Origin: Tubiluchus corallicola | Taxonomy: Eukaryota; Animalia; Priapulida | DNA: 64,000 bases | Direction of reading: 5' to 3' | Assembly: GCA_030141605.1 (NCBI GenBank) | Contig: JAQGDQ010000205.1 | Coordinates: 310,001 to 374,000 of the forward strand | Part shown: one piece after another, positions 1 to 64,000 of the stretch | Layout: every line of letters begins with the position of its first letter | Position numbering within the stretch: the stretch's first letter is position 1 | Notes under the pieces: model-generated | What the model was told of the DNA's origin: nothing | Seen by the model: only the letters and a program-made list of their open reading frames with translations | Database searches by the model: none | Translations under genes and position numbers: made by a program

Positions 1-279
1 TGAACGGTAATCGAAAAACTGACCGATGTTTATTGATACTGAACTTTTTGCCGGTTAACCACACCACTTTCAACGCCCGTATCCTAGGGCACTACACTGC
101 CAGTTTCGTGACAGGCTAAGATAAGTGGATGCGTAAGAAAAGTGGATGTCTAAAATAATGATGATGACTAAAACATGCTCGCGAATAAAAACATTTAAAG
201 ATTTAGATGCCTGTGCCTTAAGTCAAAATATAAAAAGATCCTAATGCTTGAAGAGTGAATTTAGTTGAAATGAACCTAC

Positions 280-6666
<6,387 letters not shown>

Positions 6667-9600
6667 ACTGACTTGTGCGCTACAATGAGCACCAACGACT
6701 GACTGCACAAAAATTGTCTTTATGAAATGCAAGTAGTACTAACAGAAAAAATTTGGGTCTGCGAAAAAATAAAAAATTCCTTTTCCTGCACGTTTTCAGC
6801 TTGTGTATTTCTCAATGGCGCCGTCCTATGAATTTTCTCACCATAACTTCTGCCATTTGCAGCAATTCATAAAATGTATGAGTGGTTTCGAACTATGCAA
6901 TTTATAATCAGTCATTCGTCACAGCTCACAGACTTTGCAACTCTTATTAAGGATCTCTTCTTCACAAACGTTACTGCCTCGTCTCTTTGAAGTTTTCTTC
7001 ACAATATTACCTCTTCTTTACATGATTCATGTTATATGGAAACTTCGCACAAACACAAATTAAGGAAATGGGATCACGAAAAAACAACAACCGCCCTCTC
7101 TAAACACACAACATAAAACTCACTGGCACTATCGTAAAATGGCGACATCCTGGTCCAAACCTTTGGCACTGACCATCGTTTCTGAACAAGGCCATTTGAT
7201 TTCAGAGTGCAATTCAGAGGATCACGATGATTTCTGCCCTGATGTCATGGACAATTGCAGCCGTATCCGTAATCCAATTGACGAGAATCCAGACTGTACA
7301 GTATAAATCATCGAATAGATATTTTCAAGCATCAACACACCACTTGTAACACATTTATCCTTGCGTCCCGATTGTAATAATGCAGTTTTAATACTATGAA
7401 ATTGATTGCTTATGATAACCTAAACTGTAAAGTCAGATTACTATGTTTATTCTCTGTACTCTATTGGAGTAGATTTATCAATCAGCATTTCTATGGATTT
7501 GCCCTCGATAATCATAGTTGTTTAGACGCCCGTTCGTTACTTGTTGTTTCCACTACTAGAAGTTACCTGAGCATATCTCCTCTTAGTACCTTCCCTATTA
7601 CCTGCACAAGGGCACCACAATCAGTGGAGGATTAAAATTCAATAACTGAACGCAGTCAAATGAAATTAGAGTACCTGAATGGTTTTATCAGTTATGAAAT
7701 TCGAGCAAGATCTTGTGCATCCAGAATTAGTACGTAATCAGGAGACGTTGATTTTTTTTCATATGATTTGCTTTGGCAGTCTGCAACACCCATCCACGTG
7801 ACTTTCTTATTGTGGCAGGCCCGCTATCGTATTGTGAAAAGTATTCTCTAAGATGATACACATATTGATGATACAGCCACGTCTGCGTATGCATAATTAT
7901 ATACATCTTTCCTCAGTGAGATTTTAATAAATGAACCATTGCACGACAAATGAAATCACCCAGAAGCAGCGCTCATCCATTTGCTAACCAGACCCGATGT
8001 TCTTCAGTGGTTGAGTGTTACTCGGCACCATTCAGCCATCATTTTTGTCACCCTTTACGACACAAAATTTCTTTAGAAAATTTAATATTGGAATTATGTT
8101 ACTGATTGCTGGGAACCTAGTAGGCCTAATTGAGTTTTTAAGTCTGCGAGGCGGAAAACAGAAACGTTTTCGACACATAGGCGGTGGTCCATAATAATTT
8201 ACAATTTCAGTGTCAAATTTATCATTCAGTGCTCTCAGTATTTAGACATTTTACGCTATAACATTTTTGCATTTTATAAACGGAAACGATTACGTTACGG
8301 GAGTATTTCGGACAATTGAAACCGGAATGTTTGAACTTTCTACCGGAATTCCGATTCGCAGACTCATGCATTTACTTAGCAACACGAGTAAAACAGCTAG
8401 CAAATTAAACCTGCAGCTAAACTGTAAATCAGTAAAGAAATAAAGCACGCTTCATTGCGAGTTCACGCTTATCAAATACACGAGTTTCCAGAAGAACTTG
8501 TCAGAACGGAAATGTAATCTCAGGCCAATTCATAATTGCAAATTTAAAAAAGACAAAATTTTTCATTAAATAAATTATTTTTGCGCTAATAAATTTAATA
8601 GTCGTAACTTATTATATGTTATCCTTTAGTTGCTCTAACAAGTAACAGGTCTGATGACGCTTGATGCCCCTGGCATTGAACTAAACAAAAATCATATAAA
8701 TAAATACTGAAACTATGTTTAAAAATGGGACATCGTAACAGTTTCACAGAGCACAAGAATTTTGATTTTGTAATTCATTTTCGATTTTTTTAAATGATGT
8801 TGTGCAAAACTATTCATTTCTTTGCTGAACGCAATATTTTCTGCTGCATTTTGAGGTAACTTCGTGCGGGCGAAGCTTTGCTAAGAGTAGAACCCGGCAT
8901 TCGCTAGGTCCACGGAAGTCGCAGTGGGCGACCGATTTACTTGTGCAGTGATTTTCCGACGCGTTAGTGTCAAAATTATCCAGGGTAAATTTGTAAAGGT
9001 AAATAAATGTAACTATGCATATGCAAATGTAACTTTTAATTACAAAGAAAGGCTTCGTATTGATTTATATATGAATAATTAAAAATTTTACTGAGGCATT
9101 ATTGATAAAAAAAAATCAGACAAGATACTTAAGGACCTTTTTCGATACGCCGCCTGGTGGTAACTCATTCTGTAAAGCGTCGAGGCATGTGTCTACATGT
9201 CATTGGTCAGCTGTTAATGGAAAGTAATCAGGAAAACACAATTAATTATTCCGAATTAATTGAAATCTGTGCGAATGTTTCTTCTATTCACGTTAACCAA
9301 GATTCACTCTAATGCACGAACATTCCACGCTAGTGATCTACGTCTATCTAACCAATGTACCAATGTCTGCTGAGTGAAATTTGGCGACCTTGTAAACGTT
9401 TCAAAGCAGCATTGGTGAATTGTTAATATTTTGCGTGCAAAATTACACATAGATCACAATCAGTGATGCGTGATCTCAGTGCACAATGCATCACAATGGA
9501 TTGTTTGATTATTTTTTTCAAGGTTCATCTACATCTGCCATTGCCCCGCTTCAAAGCGCCTGTTACAGTCCACTTTGCAAAGTTATGATAACCACCTTGT

Positions 9601-10342
9601 TTTAAAATATTGTCACTTTTCAATGCAAGAATTTCTGTTTTTGGTAACATGACTGTGATTGCGAATTTGTGTTTGCTGCGAGTTACGCTCCGACAGTAAA
9701 CGCGAGCAGCAATACGTTCTCTATTTACTGGGAAAAGTGTCGTGAGTAACTCGCCGAGGTGTTCACACTAGACAGTAACCCGTAAGAAATCAACTCGCAA
9801 CAACTGTCGGAAAGTTTGCAAAAATTTGCCAATAGTAACTGGCAAAGCAGTTCACATTTGCGACATTGCAGTTAGAGAGAAAACTAGCGACACACAACTA
9901 GCTGGTCTGAACGCGCCGTAAAATTCAGTTTTAGGACAAAATGTGCCAGGCAGTATTAAAAAGGCAATACTCATATTATAATGTGTTGAATAGCTACCTA
10001 TTTTATTTACAAATGAAAACTTAGTACTTGATAAAACTAGACTTAAGAACACTACAATTAAATACTCGTAGTTCTACATTATATAATAATAAGCTTGAGA
10101 AAAACTAAAACTATATTCATAGCTAAATATAACTTAAAACAAAAGAATAAGTAAAACGAATTTGTACAATAACTTGTCATTATCTTACCTTTAACTTTCT
10201 AACTGCATTACCTGTGTATTAACAGATATCTTGTCAGTTGCAAAAAGGACACATTTAACTACATTCTTACAGTATAGTTATTTACAAAACAAATTTACAT
10301 AAGCAAGAATAGATATATACATGAAGAAGTGTTATTTGTGAC

Positions 10343-24083
<13,741 letters not shown>

Positions 24084-25390
24084 AGCGATGATATTCTCAC
24101 AGACGTATGTTTAACACAAGTGGTCACCTAACACTGCAGGCCCCCCTTACCTGAGCTGAAGGAGCAGTGGCTGCGGCTCATGAATGGAACTCGTTGCTGA
24201 CTGGCTGACCATCAATCGCCTCTTCGATCTGATTTGTTGAGTGACAGCTCTCCCGCTGTGTCTGTCTGCAAACTGCCCGTTGAGCTGGTTCCATTATGTG
24301 GCAAGTTAGCGAAGCTCGTTTGGAACGTTTAATAACTTTTGGCAAAAAGTATTAAAGAGTAATGTAACATAGATTGTCATATTTTTAAATATGACTAAAA
24401 GTGTCTCAGTGTCAACAAACCGCTTCAACTGGCCACATGTTTTTTTTTATAATCACGTTTTTGTATAAGTTCGTTTGCGCTTTCTTTTCTGTTTTTCAGA
24501 TGAAGATAATTCACAATGGAAGACTAAAACGTCGTGTCTTTTCTGCTTTCTCTGCTTATTTATTTTTTATTCTTTTTCTTTTGCTATTGTATCTTCGTGG
24601 CTTCAAGAATTATCCTTTGTGTCTTTTTACCGGTTTTGTCACGAAGGCATATTTATTTCATCACAATTACAAATGCATACCCTCCGCCAAAAATACTAGT
24701 ATTCTGATTAATATTAATTAATTTGAATATAAGTTCATGTCAGTTTTGGTTTAGATTAACATGTCAGAAACGTTTGTAATTCAAAACTACTTTTCAGAAA
24801 TGAAACTTTTTCTCATAAGGCATGATATGAAGAGTGAATGTCACTGGTAAAATGGATGTCGTGTAGGATGGTGAATAATATTATTAAATGGTCGATTGTG
24901 CCAACTATTTCACACAAAATGCCGCACCCTCGAACTGGATACGCCGCGATACTCCTCCTAAAATATACAGCTGGTTGCGTCAGCTTTATGTAGATCTTAC
25001 GCCTTGGTTAATAGACTTCAATAAGTGGACAATAAGGCAAAGAGATTTCCAGCTACGTCACACTGGTCACTCCAGTCTGGTCATTAAGGGTGTGAAAAAC
25101 AAGAATAATTAGACCAGCTCAGACTGTCTGCTGCTGGTGGTTTAGAAAAGCTGTACAGACGTCAAATCTACCATTGTTGTCTTCTGAGAACTTCTTTAAT
25201 CAAAATAACATCTCAATGTTTAGGACACTGGATGTGGTAGTCATTTCTTCAGTTTAATCTCGATCTTTCAATAAACTTCTTACATATTTGCTTAGTAGGC
25301 TTATTTTGCTTTTGATATTTACTTTTCTTTGTCGTTTATCGAATAATTTGCGTACAAGTCCGTAGTATAGAAAGTCGTTACTTCATTTAC

Positions 25391-26030
25391 TTAAAAAACG
25401 ACGGGAAAGGGGGTACCTGAAGTAGCTTTCAGAAAAATCGCTTCAAAAAATTATATTACTTTACAGCAATATTCTGCATATATCGTACTCGCGTTAAAAA
25501 GAATTTTTGTTTGTTTTCATTTTAAATCTCCCCGCAATGCTGTTTCGAAGGCGCCATTACATGAGGGCATCACAAAAGTAAATCAGGGGAAGAAAAGGCA
25601 ATGTTAAATTTTATCCCAAAAAAAACGTCCATGCAAATCTATTTTACTTAGCATTTCGCTTACCTGCTGAAAAGACATGTAACCAGAAAGAATAATTTAA
25701 AATATTCGTACCAAGTGATAAAATTTCGCTGACGCACCCTCCAGGGGTGACTAACTAAAAGATGTATTTTTGATCTTATTGACAAGATACAGTAATTTAA
25801 AATTTTACTTAGTAACATGTGTGCTACGAATGCTCTGATTATTTTTTCAAACTTCACACAATGTTATCTAAACTTGTTTAAAACGTCCCATTAAAATCGC
25901 TGTACCTAAAGGTCATCGCGGGAGATTAAATTTACACATTTTATACAGCGCAAGCCCTGCACGCAAAAAGGCTGTGTGTAAGTAGTATAAAATTTCAAGA
26001 CGAACATTTCAAGATTTATGTGTTTTCTTG
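25391..26030 (-). mobile_element. Kolobok-like element, right half, inverted
   Basis: Reverse complement of 13300-13932 (e.g. GGGGTACCTGAAG, CACCCTCCAGGG). Confidence 0.7.
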
Positions 26031-26939
26031 TGCTTTAAAAAGTATAGGCACTGACCACTTTATAAGCACTAGTGTTAAAAGAAGCATTGGGATATGAGCA
26101 ATCAAAACTAATTATGCTGTCCATGTTATTCAACAAAATAATGACAAGCGCCAAAGTGACTCTCGCAAAAAAGTTGTATTTTTAGGTTTAAAATTTTGTT
26201 TTAAAATTGCATTTTTTGGCTGCAAGTTTTCTTTAACCTCAAAGCATACTTATCTATTTCACTCAATAGATCTCTCACTGGAGGAAAGAACATTGATTTA
26301 GTTCACACAAATATTTTTGCCAGATGTTTAATTATAGGCGTAATTCAAGATTTTTTTGCCACATTAAAATTCGACTGCATTGAAGAAAGTGTCTACCTAA
26401 TTAATCATTTACTTATTGAATGCAGAGGCAGAGCCAGGGATTTATCACTGATCAACCAAGCACACAATAGAATCTGCTTCTTTCGCTGACCACGCAAGCA
26501 TTCTCTAGAGCCAAGACTCCAAACAAGTCGTCAAATGTCAACAGCAAAATGCAAGGAGTGCTGTTGTCAAAATAATAATATCACTGTTCTTACCAGTTTT
26601 GTTCGGTTTAACCAGAGAAGAACGATCGTCCTTAAAATCGGGTTCAAATCCAAAACATGTAACTTTATCAAGTGAGAAAATAAAAAAGTCATCGTAACGG
26701 AAACAAAAAATTTAAACTGATAAGTAAATTGATTAAAAGTAAAAGCACGTGGTAGTGTTATGACCATAAAAAATATGGAAAAGTTAATCAAAATAATATG
26801 AAATAAAATAAGAAAACATGTGCCTCTGAATTTGGTCTTTGCAAAGATGCTGAAATTTGAGTTAGACAGATCATAGATGTGTTTGAAACAACATTGCCTA
26901 ATATGGGCTACAAATAGTTAACACTTTCTTCAACTTGCT

Positions 26940-27240
26940 CCTTGAGACCTCACCAGGTAGTTCTTCAGTTGTACTCAGGTAGTTCAGCTTGAATAAATGA
27001 TTTACACCTAGTCCAGGGCTCACGCGGGCACATATTACCTATGAGAGACAATACTTGCAATCACCTGCATTGTATACATGTAATTAGAGAACAATGGTCT
27101 GCCCAGGTGTGATGAGCTCAACTGGGCGGGCAACCAATCATTGATTAAATCATTCAAGAGCTCTTCAATTAACTATAAAAGTAACATGTTGTTTTTATTC
27201 TTCCTTGCCAGTTTCTACTGTCGTCCCTGATTGACAGGAC
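26940..27240. promoter_or_regulatory. Candidate cis-regulatory module about 3 kb upstream of Eomes/T-brain
   Basis: TTACACCT (27002), AGGTGTGA (27105), AACAATGG (27090), GGGCGG and CCAAT (27124-27138), TGATTGACAG (27228-27237) within 240 bp. Confidence 0.35.
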
Positions 27241-28224
27241 TGCTCTTAGTTTGTTTTAATATTAACTAGCAGTATGGGAAACCTTCATACAATAATAAAT
27301 ATCAAGTAGAAACTAAAATTTAGGACATAACTGTTTGCTAATGCCTATATAATTGCAATTACAATGCACAAACTGAAGATCTGTTGGTTATGCTGTTATT
27401 GCCTACGTTCTTTTCCGTACTTCCCATAATTATGATTTCCCATATTGAAATTTTTACCACCAAGGAGAGGCACATGCAGTCTTGAGGACAGATTTCTTCT
27501 TTCAAAATTTTGCCTGCCCAGTGTCTACAATAGACGTAATAAGCATAAAATATACACGCCTTCACGCACATGCGCGCGCACACACACACACACGCACATG
27601 ATAGGCTAGTTATTTTAGTCACGGATAAATCTCTTGTACAGGCTGATGTTACTTAATTTTTAAGTGTCAGTAGTTTTCAAATATTTCATTAATCGAATGT
27701 TTTTGTTAGCAACATTAAATAATTAACCGGTACTCAGAATATTCACCCAGTCAGTAGTTATTTCATTAGAACATCAATGTTTTTAATAAACGCAAATGCA
27801 CAATAGTCGCAAATCAGTCGTAAAATTGTACTAAGTTGAAAAGGCCAGTAAATAACTGTCCATTTTGACTTGGATATTAGAATGCTATATACATAAATTG
27901 TATTGTCTATCAGCAGACCAAAGTATAAATAGTCACAAATCAGTCATTATAGGCTTATTCTACTCTGTGTCCTGCTTGTATTTTTGGGCAATATCGTGCT
28001 GTAATCTATACCTATATAACATTGTTTATGTTTCTTTTCGATTCTGTGCAAAGCACCGATAATCCAAACCATTTTGTATATGGCATAGACACAGAGTTAT
28101 CACATACAACTATTTTTATCATTTAGACATAATTTAGAAAGAGTTTCAATTTAGTTCAGCACTATTTAAGAGCTAATATTTGTCGTTATCTGCACATGAA
28201 CATTAAGTTTCTCTCAATTCCTGT

Positions 28225-28432
28225 CCAATGTCATTTTAAATAGAGAATTGGTATGAATTTGCAATGTGGTCTGATACAGGAATCCCCAATGTCATTTTAA
28301 ATAAAGAACTGGTATGAATTTGCGATGTGGTCTGATACAGGTATCTCCACTGTCATTTTAAATAGAGAACTCGTATGAATTTGCGATGTAGTCTGATACA
28401 GGTATCTCCAATGTCATTTTAAATAGAGAACT
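28225..28432. repeat. 61-bp tandem repeat x3.4 in the GRL101-like 3' UTR
   Basis: Unit starts at 28225, 28286, 28347, 28408. Confidence 0.92.
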
Positions 28433-28471
28433 ACAGAATTGCTATATTTGCGATTATTTTTAAAGACAGCT

Positions 28472-63630
<35,159 letters not shown>

Positions 63631-64000
63631 CTGAAAGTAGAACAATAGATGCACCATGGCAACAGTTCATACGTTTACCTAGCTATCATGGTCATCTAGC
63701 AACTTCCGGAATGAAAGGGTTAATATGAAACCTTTCACGTTTAGTTTTATGCGTTTAGCAGTAAATCTGATTTTAGTTCTCACGGTTTTACTTAGATGAA
63801 CGTCTAATCTGCCCAACTCAGTAGACGAAAAGCGTCAAAGCTTTTCTGGAGAATGACTGTAAACTGTGCACCATAAATAACGAAATATAAGTGCTACATA
63901 TTTTCAAAGACTATGCAAACCCTTAGCAAACACCACGTTGAGCGAGCGAGTAACATTGACAACGCTCATTGCAGGTGCTGAGATGACGTGTGCTGAGGAT

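Overview
AT-rich, microsatellite- and transposon-dense genomic DNA from an invertebrate animal (spliced genes; no prokaryotic features). By reading splice sites and codon phases by hand I reconstruct three tandem minus-strand genes. (1) The 5' part of a secreted astacin (M12A) metalloprotease: 5 exons, 6666->280, continuing off the left edge before the HExxH motif. (2) A complete 6-exon T-box gene of the Eomes/Tbr1/T-brain class: 24083->10343, 478 aa. (3) Most of a GRL101-type LDLa-LRR GPCR: 21 well-supported exons plus 2 candidate exons, 63630->28472, with 9 LDLa modules, LRRNT, 7 LRR exons, 7TM and a long S/T-rich tail; its 5' end lies beyond the right edge. Introns hold a Kolobok-like TTAA repeat family (8 pieces), hAT MITEs (one with a perfect 8-bp TSD), a Tc1/mariner relic, LINE fragments, tRNA-like SINE heads and a Penelope-like relic with inverted hammerhead-bearing pLTRs. 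The most unusual observations are a 34-bp tandem array that repeats the 5' splice junction of the first LRR exon about 9 times, and a frame-preserving, non-LDLa two-exon cassette with a candidate GC donor that is bracketed by a 60-bp inverted repeat. All calls are by eye; no searches were run.
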